Assembly (NCBI RefSeq): GCF_018835585.1 | Contig: NZ_JAHGVE010000006.1 | Location: 71,825 to 103,824 of the forward strand | Source of the DNA: Pelorhabdus rhamnosifermentans | Lineage (GTDB): Bacteria; Bacillota; Negativicutes; UMGS1260 | Length of the DNA stretch: 32,000 nt | Direction of reading: 5' to 3' | Shown here: positions 1-8,788 of the stretch, piece after piece | Layout: every line of letters starts with the position of its first letter | How positions within the stretch are numbered: position 1 is the first letter of the stretch | The notes under the pieces: model-generated | What the model saw: the letters and a program-made list of their open reading frames with translations, nothing else | The model's database searches: none | What the model was told of the DNA's origin: nothing | Position numbers and translations under genes: made by a program

Positions 1-292
1 TCCGGCTGTAAAATCCTTTGTAGAAAGTTACAAACAAGAATACGGACAAACGCCGGACGCATTTGCAGCTCTCTCTTACGATGCCACTATGATGGTCATC
101 GAAGCCATGAAAGCCGCCAATAGTGCAGATCCTGTTAAAATTAAAGATCAACTAGCCAAAACGAAAGATTATGCGGCCGTATCAGGAATGATCAGTCTTA
201 ATGAAACACATGACGCCGTAAAAAGTGCCGTCATCATCGAAATGAAAGACGGTCTACAGACCTTCCGTGAAAAAGTAAATCCTGAAAAATAA
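1..292 (+). CDS. ABC-transporter substrate-binding protein, LivJ/LivK (branched-chain amino acid, Peripla_BP_6-like) type; 3' fragment, 5' end lies outside the window
   Basis: The frame is open from nt 2 (PAVKSFVESYKQEYGQTPDAFAALSYDATMMVIEAMKAANSADPVKIKDQLAKTKDY...) to the stop at 290-292. The sequence resembles the C-terminal lobe of Leu/Ile/Val-binding proteins. A hairpin terminator follows. Confidence 0.6.
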   Translation, partial: PAVKSFVESYKQEYGQTPDAFAALSYDATMMVIEAMKAANSADPVKIKDQLAKTKDYAAVSGMISLNETHDAVKSAVIIEMKDGLQTFREKVNPEK

Positions 293-297
293 AAGCT

Positions 298-345
298 CAA
301 AAAAAGTGCGGGGAAGCATAAATTATGCTCCACGCACTTTTTTTA
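298..345. terminator. Bidirectional Rho-independent terminator between the convergent livK-like and glyoxalase genes
   Basis: An A-run (298-304) is followed by an imperfect GC-rich hairpin, AGTGCGGGGAAGCAT / ATGCTCCACGCACT (305-338), and then a T-run (338-345). It lies between two convergent stop codons (292 and 360). Confidence 0.7.
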
Positions 346-359
346 TTGAATCACCATAA

Positions 360-731
360 TCAATCCCGCTCTGGAACAATCTCCAGCCAATATCCATCAG
401 GATCGGCAATAAAATAAATCCCCATCGCAACATTTTCGTAACAAATACAATCCATTTCCTTATGATGAGCATGAGCCGCTGCAAAGTCAGCCGTAACAAA
501 AGCCAGATGAATTTCATTATCACCTAAATTATAAGGCTTTTGACGATCACGCAGCCACGTTAATTCAAGCTTATGTTCTGTCTTGCCATCACCAAGATAA
601 ACTAGAATAAAGCTGCCGTCTGCGGCCTCTTTGCGTCTGACTTCCTTTAAATCCAAAGCCTCTTTATAAAAAGACAAGCTTTTCTCCAAATTGAACACAT
701 TTAAGTTGTTATGAGCAAAACGAAAATTCAT
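360..731 (-). CDS. VOC-family glyoxalase I / lactoylglutathione lyase-like protein (123 aa)
   Basis: ATG at 731, with AGGAGAG upstream. The size and the sequence FAHNNLNVFNLEKSLSFYKEALDL...HLAF...DPDGYWLEIV are typical of small glyoxalase/bleomycin-resistance (VOC) fold proteins. It sits 30 nt downstream of dhaM on the same strand. Confidence 0.7.
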   Translation of the reverse strand: MNFRFAHNNLNVFNLEKSLSFYKEALDLKEVRRKEAADGSFILVYLGDGKTEHKLELTWLRDRQKPYNLGDNEIHLAFVTADFAAAHAHHKEMDCICYENVAMGIYFIADPDGYWLEIVPERD

Positions 732-760
732 ACTAAAATCACTCTCCTATGTCTCATGTC

Positions 761-1153
761 TTAACATTTGTGTAAATCTCGCGCCCCTTCAGCAGCTGCC
801 AACACTTCATCAACTGTTCCACCAATAGAAGCCTGCACAACAGCAGCAACAGCGCCCTCAACAATAGGGGCATCGGCAATTTTAACATTTCTTCTGACTT
901 CCTCATCAAGAAATTCCAAAGCTGTTTCACTACTCATCACAGCACTACCCAAGTCAGCCAGAATAACAACTCCTGCATCTGTTTGCGCCTCACGGACAGC
1001 CTCGCTAATGCGCAAGGCATCTGTGCCGATGGAGCCATCTTCAAGACCGCCGGCAGCAATAATTTTCAGGTCAGGCATGGCCATCTGAGCCGCCAATTCC
1101 TTGATTCCTTCTGCAATTTTCACATGATGAGACACAAGAACAATCCCAACCAT
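761..1153 (-). CDS. dhaM: Dihydroxyacetone kinase phosphotransfer subunit DhaM (PTS EIIA-mannose-like domain)
   Basis: 130 aa with N-terminus MVGIVLVSHH (conserved His region). The start overlaps the dhaL stop (TAATG). Its position is third in a dhaK-dhaL-dhaM operon. Confidence 0.8.
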   Translation of the reverse strand: MVGIVLVSHHVKIAEGIKELAAQMAMPDLKIIAAGGLEDGSIGTDALRISEAVREAQTDAGVVILADLGSAVMSSETALEFLDEEVRRNVKIADAPIVEGAVAAVVQASIGGTVDEVLAAAEGARDLHKC

Positions 1154-1791
1154 TAAACCGCCTCCTTACTGCCATCACAAAATTGCGTGAGTGCCTGTAA
1201 CATAATAAAAGATGATGTAGCACCCGGATCCTGGTGGCCTAAACTCCGTTCACCTAAATAACTGGCCCGACCTTTCGTGGCAATAATGGTCTTGGTGAAT
1301 TCAATGCCCTGCTGTGCAGCATCACAGGCGGCATGCAAACATTCCGGCAAGGATTTTCCCGCCTCAAAAGTCTTTTGAAAAGCATCCTGCGCTGGTTCCA
1401 GCGCATCAAGCATCGTCTTTTCGCCACGACTGGCCTTACCTCGATCCTTAATGCCTTTAATTGCTGCCTGAAACATAAGCAGCGCTGTTTGTCCATCAAT
1501 CACTTCTTTTCCTGCGCTTGGTACAGCCGCACGCAAAAAAGCCGTTCCATAAAGGGGGCCCGATGCCCCGCCAACAGTAGAAATCAGTGTCATTCCAACA
1601 AGCTTCATTATTGCTCCAACTTCTTGGATCATCGTACCAGTCTTGAGTTTGACTACAACGGCTTCAAACCCCCGCGCCATATTGAGTCCATGATCGCCAT
1701 CACCAATGGCCGAATCCAAGTCTGTTAGATATTGCTTATTTTTGATAATTGCTTCGCCTACTGCAATAAGCGCTGCTGCTAAATCACCCAC
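1153..1791 (-). CDS. dhaL: Dihydroxyacetone kinase ADP-binding subunit DhaL
   Basis: Contains the DSAIGDGDHGLNMARGF motif (DhaL Mg/ADP site). The ORF-track start at 1824 is a TTG that overlaps dhaK by 16 nt. A GTG at 1791 lies 9 nt downstream of GGAGG and gives about 212 aa, the usual DhaL size. The exact start is uncertain. Confidence 0.85.
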   Translation of the reverse strand: MGDLAAALIAVGEAIIKNKQYLTDLDSAIGDGDHGLNMARGFEAVVVKLKTGTMIQEVGAIMKLVGMTLISTVGGASGPLYGTAFLRAAVPSAGKEVIDGQTALLMFQAAIKGIKDRGKASRGEKTMLDALEPAQDAFQKTFEAGKSLPECLHAACDAAQQGIEFTKTIIATKGRASYLGERSLGHQDPGATSSFIMLQALTQFCDGSKEAV

Positions 1792-1808
1792 ACCCGTCAA
1801 CCTCCAAT

Positions 1809-2804
1809 CTAAAATTGCACCCAAGCCGGCGTATCTGCCGGAGCAAGTAATAATGATTTTAATTCTTCATCCAATTTGAGAACAGAAACAGAGAGTCCAG
1901 CCATTTCCAATGAAGTCATGTAATTGCCCACAAAAGTTTTTGCAACTTGAATACCCTTAGCTGCTAAAATTTCAGCAACCTTACGGTTGGCCACATATAA
2001 TTCCATCAACGGCGTCCCCCCCAGTCCATTTACAAGTACAGCTACCTCTTCGCCAGACTGAACAGGCATATCAGCAAAAATTTTATCAAGCAAATGCATC
2101 ACAATTTCGTCAGCCGAACGAATGGCTTCGCGATGCGTACCCGGTTCGCCATGAATCCCCATGCCAATTTCCATTTCATTCTCATCAAGCACAAAACTGG
2201 GCTTCCCAGCTGCCGGAACGGTACAAGGTGCCAAAGCCATGCCCATGGATCGAACATTGGCAATGACTTTTGCGGCCACCCCTTTGACTTCCGCTAAATT
2301 ACCACCAGTCTCAGCCTTAGCTCCGGCTAATTTATGTACAAATAATGTCCCAGCAATCCCCCGGCGACCTGTCGTCCATGTGCTGTTTTCCACAGCCACA
2401 TCATCATCGACAATGACCTTATCCAATTGAATTCCGTCCGCTTCAGCCAACTCAGCAGCCATTTCAAAATTCAATACATCGCCTGTATAATTTTTAATGA
2501 CAAGTAGTACACCTTTACCACCATTTACAGCCTTAATGGCTTCATATATTTGGTCCGGCGTGGGTGACGTAAATACCGCTCCGGCAACAGCACCATCTAG
2601 CATTCCTTTGCCAACAAAGCCACCATGTGCAGGTTCATGGCCGCTGCCACCGCCACTCACTAAAGCCACTTTTTCCGTAGCTCCGCCAGCCCTTACTAAT
2701 ACATCAAATCCCGGCAATCTCTTCACATATTGTGGATGAGCGGCAACCATGCCTTCCAACATTTCCTCCACGACTTGTTCCGGTACATTCATAATCTTTT
2801 TCAT
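1809..2804 (-). CDS. dhaK: Dihydroxyacetone kinase DHA-binding subunit DhaK
   Basis: 331 aa with the GGGSGHEPAHGGFVGKGML motif. ATG at 2804 is preceded by GGAGGAGAAAGAA. Confidence 0.9.
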   Translation of the reverse strand: MKKIMNVPEQVVEEMLEGMVAAHPQYVKRLPGFDVLVRAGGATEKVALVSGGGSGHEPAHGGFVGKGMLDGAVAGAVFTSPTPDQIYEAIKAVNGGKGVLLVIKNYTGDVLNFEMAAELAEADGIQLDKVIVDDDVAVENSTWTTGRRGIAGTLFVHKLAGAKAETGGNLAEVKGVAAKVIANVRSMGMALAPCTVPAAGKPSFVLDENEMEIGMGIHGEPGTHREAIRSADEIVMHLLDKIFADMPVQSGEEVAVLVNGLGGTPLMELYVANRKVAEILAAKGIQVAKTFVGNYMTSLEMAGLSVSVLKLDEELKSLLLAPADTPAWVQF

Positions 2805-3102
2805 TTCTTTCTCCTCCAGCTTTTTATAATATTTTTGAATACCATAAAATCATCTAGACGAAAAATACTATCATAATGTTCTTAATTATTTCGGTAATTA
2901 TTATAGAATTCCTGCTATTTCCAGACAAGGATATGCTTTCAAATTATATAACAACTTTCAATGCAAATTTTATCGTAATCTATAACAAATAGTCTATGAA
3001 AATAAATGTCAACGTGTTAATATATCTTTATATCCTAACTCCTTTTTTAAGGCGTTAGGCTTGTTTTTATATAATAGCCAAACAAATGGATGAGGTGTAT
3101 AC

Positions 3103-4482
3103 ATGGGTTATGATTTTTCAATGGAAACGACCACTTTAATTATCGTGATGGTTACGTCTTTTGTGACCCCCTTTAGCGGCAGTGCCATCACACTCGCTTT
3201 GCCAGCAATCGGTACGGAATTTCACGGCGGCGCCTTACTATTAAGCTGGGTAGTCGCGGCCTTTTTACTTTCGACAGCAGCCTTTTTACTCCCCTTCGGG
3301 CGACTGTCCGATATTATAGGTCGCAAAAAAGTCTTTATTTTCGGTGTTGCCTTATTCGCTATTTCATCACTTTTTTCCGGCTTCGCCTGGTCCATCGAAG
3401 CACTGATCATTTTCCGCATGATTCAGGGAATTGCTAGTGCCATGATTTTCAGCACAGGGATGGCCATTGTCGCTTTAGTATATCCGGCCGAAAAACGCGG
3501 CAAAGCCATGGGACTTATTTCAGCTTCCATTTATATTGGCCTGTCACTTGGACCGGTACTTGGCGGATTACTTAACTATTATCTTGGCTGGCGCAGTATT
3601 TTTTATTTTACCACACTGCTCAGCGTCTTTACTACCTTGCTAACCCTTTGGCGCCTAAAAGGCGAATGGATTTCAAGCAAAGGAGAGAAATTTGACAAAG
3701 TCGGCAGCTTTAGTTATATGATCGCCCTCGTTTCCACTTTGTATGGTCTTTCAGAAGTCGCCAGATTGGAATGGGCTAAATATATTCTGGGACTGGGACT
3801 GTGTCTATTGCTATTGTTTCTTTATTATGAATCCAAACAGGAATACCCGCTATTTCCTATCCGGTTATTTCTCAGCAATCGGGTTTTTGCTTTTTCTAAT
3901 TTAGCCGCCATGATCAATTATAGTGCCACTTTTGCCATTGGATTTTTACTGTCTCTCTATCTTCAGGTTATCATGGGTTATGATTCACAAATATCCGGCT
4001 TGATTTTATTATCACAGCCACTGATTATGGCGTTATTTTCCCCCTTTGCCGGATCACTGTCTGATCGCATCGAACCGGCCATTGTTTCCTCTTGGGGCAT
4101 GGCTTTAAGTACACTCGGACTATCCTTTTTTATTTTTGTCACCCCGCAAACTTCCTTATGGATCATCATAGCCAGTCTGGCTTTAATCGGTCTGGGCTTT
4201 GCTCTCTTTGCCTCACCCAATAACAATGCCATTATGGGATCCGTGGAAAAAAGCTTTTATGGAGCCGCCGCTTCTTCACTCGGTACCATGCGCCTGATCG
4301 GACAAGCAGCAAGTATGGCCGTTGTAACCCTACTGTTATCAGGCAATTCCGGTAACATCAACTCAGGGGCCAGCTATATTGAACAGCTCGCAGGCGAATT
4401 TCATTTAGCCTTTATTATTTTCACCGTCATTTGCGGCTTGGGAATTCTTCCTTCATTCGTGAGAGGTAAGGTAACAAGGTAG
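3103..4482 (+). CDS. MFS transporter, drug:H+ antiporter-like (459 aa)
   Basis: Highly hydrophobic multi-TM protein with MFS motif A (GRLSDIIGRKKVF) after TM2. GAGGTG RBS lies 6 nt upstream of the ATG. Confidence 0.8.
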   Translation: MGYDFSMETTTLIIVMVTSFVTPFSGSAITLALPAIGTEFHGGALLLSWVVAAFLLSTAAFLLPFGRLSDIIGRKKVFIFGVALFAISSLFSGFAWSIEALIIFRMIQGIASAMIFSTGMAIVALVYPAEKRGKAMGLISASIYIGLSLGPVLGGLLNYYLGWRSIFYFTTLLSVFTTLLTLWRLKGEWISSKGEKFDKVGSFSYMIALVSTLYGLSEVARLEWAKYILGLGLCLLLLFLYYESKQEYPLFPIRLFLSNRVFAFSNLAAMINYSATFAIGFLLSLYLQVIMGYDSQISGLILLSQPLIMALFSPFAGSLSDRIEPAIVSSWGMALSTLGLSFFIFVTPQTSLWIIIASLALIGLGFALFASPNNNAIMGSVEKSFYGAAASSLGTMRLIGQAASMAVVTLLLSGNSGNINSGASYIEQLAGEFHLAFIIFTVICGLGILPSFVRGKVTR

Positions 4483-4496
4483 GCGCTATTCATAAT

Positions 4497-4527
4497 GAAA
4501 AAGCACTCAAAAACGAGTGCTTTTTTT
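4497..4527. terminator. Bidirectional Rho-independent terminator (MFS + / aminotransferase -)
   Basis: AAAAAGCACTC-aaaaac-GAGTGCTTTTTTT: a 7-bp perfect stem flanked by an A-run and a T-run, between convergent stops (4482 and 4531). Confidence 0.8.
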
Positions 4528-4530
4528 ATA

Positions 4531-5859
4531 TTATATAATTTCTTTGTCTACAATACCTAACACTTCATCCAGCTTTTTTAGTTCTTCTGTCAATTGTTCT
4601 TCCGTAATAATCAAGGGGGGAGCCACAAGTACCATATTTTCATGAGAATAAGTCATAAAATTCCGCTGCTCGAGCATCTTAACAATGCTCCCCATGATGC
4701 CTTGCGGATCTTCACCATATTCCACTAAGGGCTCTCTCGTTGTCTTGTCCTTAACAAGCTCGACTGCTGCAAACAGACCAATATAACGGACATCCCCGAC
4801 ACAGGCATGCTTTTCTTTCGTTTTCTCCAGCAAAGTTCCCAAGAGTTTTCCAACCTTCTGCACATTACCCAAAACATCATGTTCTCGGTAATAATTCAGT
4901 GTTGCCACACCTGCAGCGCAGGCGAGGGGGTGACCACTGTAAGTAAGACCGCAAAGAAGCGTGTGATCCTCAAAATAGGCTGCAATCTTCTTGCTGACAG
5001 CCACACCACCAAGCGGTACATAACCACAGGTAATGCCTTTAGCAAAGGTTACTATATCCGGTTGAATCCCCCAATGTTCAAAAGCAAACATCTTGCCTGT
5101 TCTACAATACCCCGCCATGACTTCATCACAAATCATCATAATGCCATAATCATCACAAATTTTACGTACACCTTGTAAATATCCATCAGGTGGAATAATC
5201 ACACCGTTAGAACCCGTAATGGTTTCCAGTACAATGGCCGCCACATTTTGCGTTCCTTCATAACGCACCTGTTCACGCAATTTCGCCACGTAATACGCAG
5301 CGGCTTTTTCACTGCTTTCAAATTCAAGGGATTCACGATAAACATAGGGGTCAAAAAATTTTACGAATCCTGGAATGCCTGGCTCCAATGGATAACGTCG
5401 AGGTTCCCCAGTCAAATTGCCCGCACCGTAAGTAGAACCATGATAACTCCGATAACGGCTTAACACCTTATTACGTCCTGTAACCATGCGCGCCATCTTC
5501 ACTGCATTTTCATTGGCATCAGCTCCGCCGTTGGTAAAAAAGACTTTTCCCATATTAGCGGGAAGTAAATCAATCACCATTTTAGCAAGGATAGAACGGG
5601 CTTCCACAGCATAGCTTGGAGCAATAAAGCATAGCTTTTGCGCCTGATCCTGAATGGCTTTAATAATCACCTGATTTCCATGCCCCAAATTCATATTCAC
5701 AAGTTGTGAAGACATATCTGTATACCTTTTGCCTTCAGCATCCCAGAAATAAATCCCCTCACTTTTGACAACTGGAATGGGATTGAGATTGCCTTGCTTT
5801 GACCACGAATGCAAATTATATTGTAAATCCTGTTCTTTTATTTCCTGACCTGTCATCAT
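4531..5859 (-). CDS. Class-III PLP-dependent aminotransferase (omega-amino acid:pyruvate / taurine:pyruvate-like)
   Basis: 442 aa. It carries MICDEVMAGYCRTGKMFAFEH (DEV..G..RTG motif) and DIVTFAKGITCGYVPLGG (PLP-lysine context). The substrate cannot be deduced by eye. Confidence 0.8.
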   Translation of the reverse strand: MMTGQEIKEQDLQYNLHSWSKQGNLNPIPVVKSEGIYFWDAEGKRYTDMSSQLVNMNLGHGNQVIIKAIQDQAQKLCFIAPSYAVEARSILAKMVIDLLPANMGKVFFTNGGADANENAVKMARMVTGRNKVLSRYRSYHGSTYGAGNLTGEPRRYPLEPGIPGFVKFFDPYVYRESLEFESSEKAAAYYVAKLREQVRYEGTQNVAAIVLETITGSNGVIIPPDGYLQGVRKICDDYGIMMICDEVMAGYCRTGKMFAFEHWGIQPDIVTFAKGITCGYVPLGGVAVSKKIAAYFEDHTLLCGLTYSGHPLACAAGVATLNYYREHDVLGNVQKVGKLLGTLLEKTKEKHACVGDVRYIGLFAAVELVKDKTTREPLVEYGEDPQGIMGSIVKMLEQRNFMTYSHENMVLVAPPLIITEEQLTEELKKLDEVLGIVDKEII

Positions 5860-5882
5860 TTTCTTTCACTCCCCTGAAATTT

Positions 5883-6268
5883 TTAGTAAATGCTGCGATA
5901 AATTGCAACCATTTCTTCATATCGTGCTTTTCGCGGATTCACTTTGGCACTGGCGTTACTGTTCAAATAATTCCGCCAAAGTATCCAGCCCGATGGCCTG
6001 TGCAATATTTCTGTACCGACTCGCACTAACGAATTGGTTATATTCTAAAACAGTAGGCAGCAGCATCGCATTGGGATGTTTTCTAATAAAGTATAGTCAC
6101 TGCCAACAATTGCCTTGATCCGTTCCAAAGTTCCATTACGTCTGATTGAACCGGAGCCGATTAAGATCAGTGGTTTCTTGCCGAAAGCACCAAGCTGTTG
6201 CCAAGCGAGTCGATAATATCCACATCGGCAAAAATCTTGGGTGTAGACAGAAAAGCAACACTGTGCAC
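5883..6268 (-). pseudogene. Remnant of an iron-containing (group III) alcohol dehydrogenase: frameshifted and internally deleted
   Basis: Three different minus-strand frames carry the fragments. (a) An N-terminal piece starts at GTG 6268, downstream of AGGAGG: VHSVAFLSTPKIFADVDIIDSLG. (b) GAFGKKPLILIGSGSIRRNGTLERIKAIVGSDYTLLENIP. (c) This is joined directly to the C-terminal region HPNAMLLPTVLEYNQFVSASRYRNIAQAIGLD, then after another frame change NPRKARYEEMVAIYRSIY-stop (5883). The whole remnant is about 386 nt, against about 1.15 kb for intact Fe-ADHs. Confidence 0.6.
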
Positions 6269-6281
6269 AATAAACCTCCTC

Positions 6282-6321
6282 ATAAAACAATGGGGCCTTG
6301 TTCTTTCGAACAAAGCCCCAT
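6282..6321 (-). terminator. Strong intrinsic-terminator hairpin in the leader upstream of the Fe-ADH remnant / aminotransferase operon
   Basis: On the minus strand, ATGGGGCTTTGTTC-GAAA-GAACAAGGCCCCAT forms a 14-bp stem (one G-U pair) with a GNRA loop, followed by TGTTTTAT. It ends about 10 nt before the AGGAGG RBS of the Fe-ADH remnant. Confidence 0.6.
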
Positions 6322-6361
6322 TGCTTATTTTGTCTAGCGTTATTCACATTTCTTGTACCTG

Positions 6362-6390
6362 ATTATAGCATCGCTCCCGTACACGCGCAA
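6362..6390 (-). promoter_or_regulatory. Candidate sigma-70-type promoter (-35 TTGCGC, 17-nt spacer, -10 TATAAT) upstream of the leader hairpin
   Basis: On the minus strand there is a perfect TATAAT (6362-6367) and a weak -35 (6385-6390) with a 17-nt spacer. This rests on sequence pattern only. Confidence 0.3.
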
Positions 6391-6439
6391 TGATTTAAAA
6401 CACAAAGCATTTTGTGCTGAAGCACATAGTCGTCCTGAT

Positions 6440-7600
6440 TTACAAAATATCTTTGATTTTAAAAGCCAACATCATTTTCAATCTCTCCTCAACACTGGCA
6501 ATATTGCAACCTGTAATTCCCTTAATTTTTCTCAGCTTATAATTAATTGTATTGCGATGCATATAAGTAAGTTTTGCTACAGACTGGACACTGGCATCAT
6601 TGTCAAGATAGCACTTGAGAGTATTCATATAATCCGTACCATGAGCATTGTCACAATCGGCAAGTCGGCCCAAAGTATCCTGATATATTTCACGCAATAC
6701 ATTTTTGTCTTCAGTGGAAAGTAAAATCTTATAAACACCCAGATCCTTATAATAAATCTTACAACAATTATTTTTAACAGCTAAATGCAATACGGATGCG
6801 GCCTGTTTATAACTTTTTGCAAGCATTACCAAGCCATTTTCATTCTGCCCGATACCTATATTTAGCTGATAGTGGCGTCCTGTTTTTTGATAATAATCGA
6901 TAATTCGATTAATACAGGTAGCTATTTCGTCCTCTTCAAACTTTGCAAAGATAATAGTCAAACGATTATCTTGCATAAAAATACTATACTTTTCGCTCAT
7001 ACGGTTAATAATATTTTCGGCATAAAGCCGAACAGCTGCAATATTACTCTTCGCACTAGCAGTTTGTTCTGAACGAATATCAAACACTACAGCACAATAG
7101 GACCAAGCAATTTGAAAACCATGACGCTCTAACTGTGCTTGATATTTAGAAAGATCCTCTGGAAAGAAGAGCGCGTTTTTAAAGGCACTTGACACACTCA
7201 TCTCGGTTTGCTCACTATTAATAATTTGGCGACAAAAATCCCGCGTCACATCCACCAGGCGTATATCCCACGGAAGCGTAAACAAGGGAAAATTGGTCTG
7301 CCTACAATAGGCTACAGTTTCTTCGGGAATCGCCTGAATATACGGGCCAATATTCACCACCAGCCCGCTGGCTTTATTATGAGTCAAACCTTGCACAAAA
7401 CCACTAAGCCAAGTTGCATCAGAGTGACCAATTCCAGTAGTAAACACCAGTTCATTGCCACGTAAAAAGGTTGCAACTTGCTCATCCTCTATCATATGAA
7501 CCCATTGAATAATATTTTCCAGTCCGCCGTCCCCTGCAATCAATTGCATTTGATAGGTTTGCTCGGCCTTTTTGCGAATTTTTTCCAATCTGATCGTCAT
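6440..7600 (-). CDS. PucR-family transcriptional regulator (386 aa)
   Basis: The C-terminal HTH region (VAKLTYMHRNTINYKLRKIKGITG) is typical of PucR/CdaR-like regulators, and there is a long N-terminal sensor-like region. ATG at 7600. Confidence 0.75.
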   Translation of the reverse strand: MTIRLEKIRKKAEQTYQMQLIAGDGGLENIIQWVHMIEDEQVATFLRGNELVFTTGIGHSDATWLSGFVQGLTHNKASGLVVNIGPYIQAIPEETVAYCRQTNFPLFTLPWDIRLVDVTRDFCRQIINSEQTEMSVSSAFKNALFFPEDLSKYQAQLERHGFQIAWSYCAVVFDIRSEQTASAKSNIAAVRLYAENIINRMSEKYSIFMQDNRLTIIFAKFEEDEIATCINRIIDYYQKTGRHYQLNIGIGQNENGLVMLAKSYKQAASVLHLAVKNNCCKIYYKDLGVYKILLSTEDKNVLREIYQDTLGRLADCDNAHGTDYMNTLKCYLDNDASVQSVAKLTYMHRNTINYKLRKIKGITGCNIASVEERLKMMLAFKIKDIL

Positions 7601-7635
7601 AATATCTCACCCGATAAGATTTGTCTTCTAAACTA

Positions 7636-8469
7636 TTATACATGCGCCTTAATGCTAGATAAAGCAGCAGCAAACTGGTGGAATTCACTGGCAAAAAGAA
7701 CATCACATGCAACAGAAAATAAAACAGCCAGCGTAATACACCCTGTAAACAGTGCTGGAGTCTTTAACTTAAATATCCATCGTTGAGCTAAATCGACCAA
7801 CGAATTCTTTCGGATAAATGTCAAAGGTACTAATTCTCTTGTCGGTAGTAATGCCGGTACATTGCTTGGCACAATAACTTGATCCCGGATTTTTTCAAAT
7901 TCTAAATCAACGATTTCCAAAAGCCCCGCTAAACGCGAAAAATTCCGACGTGTTTCATAAGATACCAGAGCCTTCCTTTTATATTCCAAATCATGCTCAA
8001 TCTCAGCCCATGCATGTTGTAAAATAGAACGAATTTGGATTTCCACCTTGCAGCCTGCAAACTTTTGATATTCTTTTAGTTGCAGCCGTTCATCCGATAG
8101 CGTAACAATCAAGTGCAAAGACAGATAGCCAAATCGATCAGGTGCTAAGACTTTTCGCTTATCAATAGAATTATCCACATCAATAGCAAATTCTTTTTGA
8201 ATAAAATCTGCCACCTGATTCACTTCATCTTCAAAATATGTAATAATGCGAATCCCACATAAATCAGTAATATCTTGCAAGTGGGCATAGCTTTTATTTG
8301 AGTTAACCAGTTTATTTTTGAGACTTGATTCTTCCTTCACTCGAGATACAACAGAATGAACACGTATGTTTTGTTCCTGTAACAGAATCGACATTAACGA
8401 CTCCATGCGTCCTGTAAACTCTTGATAGAAAGAATAGTTTTGCCGATATGTTTCGATGATCTCTGACAT
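7636..8469 (-). CDS. RelA/SpoT-domain (small alarmone synthetase-like nucleotide pyrophosphokinase) protein with a C-terminal hydrophobic segment
   Basis: Synthetase-domain motifs are present: DLCGIRIITYF, GYLSLHLIV and VEIQIRSILQHAWAEIEHDLEYK. I chose the ATG at 8469 (AGGAG about 11 nt upstream), giving 277 aa. The track's 320-aa version adds a low-complexity extension. The C-terminus contains ALFTGCITLAVLFSVACDVLFA, a possible TM helix. Confidence 0.7.
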   Translation of the reverse strand: MSEIIETYRQNYSFYQEFTGRMESLMSILLQEQNIRVHSVVSRVKEESSLKNKLVNSNKSYAHLQDITDLCGIRIITYFEDEVNQVADFIQKEFAIDVDNSIDKRKVLAPDRFGYLSLHLIVTLSDERLQLKEYQKFAGCKVEIQIRSILQHAWAEIEHDLEYKRKALVSYETRRNFSRLAGLLEIVDLEFEKIRDQVIVPSNVPALLPTRELVPLTFIRKNSLVDLAQRWIFKLKTPALFTGCITLAVLFSVACDVLFASEFHQFAAALSSIKAHV

Positions 8470-8788
8470 AAATCGTTCATCTCCTGCTATAAAAAAATAA
8501 TTCTTGATAGACAGGAATATTATACTACTTATTGATGACATAATTGTGACAAAACTAGACGAAAGTAAAAAAATACTGCTAAAATAGTCCCCATACAAAA
8601 ATAGAAAAGCAGCCTTAGCCTTGCTTTACACAAAGGTTGAGACTGCCTGTTTGCCGTTACCAGTGATGCAGTTTTCCCTAGCTAATTTTAAAAACAAAAA
8701 TGACTATTATCAATTAGCAGGCAGATAGTTGTTTCTTATGTTCCTCTCATGTAGCTTTTAAATTCTACAATCGAAAAACTTTTTATAG

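Noticed and set aside
768-2739. Plus-strand ORFs antisense to dhaM, dhaL and dhaK (768-1088, 1333-1728, 2094-2297, 2161-2430, 2497-2739) and the alternate-frame ORF 1254-1499 -
   Set aside because: They are shadow ORFs of well-supported minus-strand genes, with Pro/Ser/Thr/Ala-rich composition typical of antisense translation.
6353-7786. Plus-strand ORFs 6353-6724, 6872-7072, 7208-7465 and 7478-7786, and the minus-strand ORF 7482-7712
   Set aside because: They lie antisense to, or out of frame with, the PucR-family and RelA/SpoT-domain genes, and no independent coding signals were seen.
8470-8598. 43-codon N-terminal extension of the RelA/SpoT-domain ORF
   Set aside because: The extension is a low-complexity Ser/Ile/Phe-rich sequence with no RBS. 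The internal ATG at 8469 has an AGGAG, and the conserved domain starts shortly after it.
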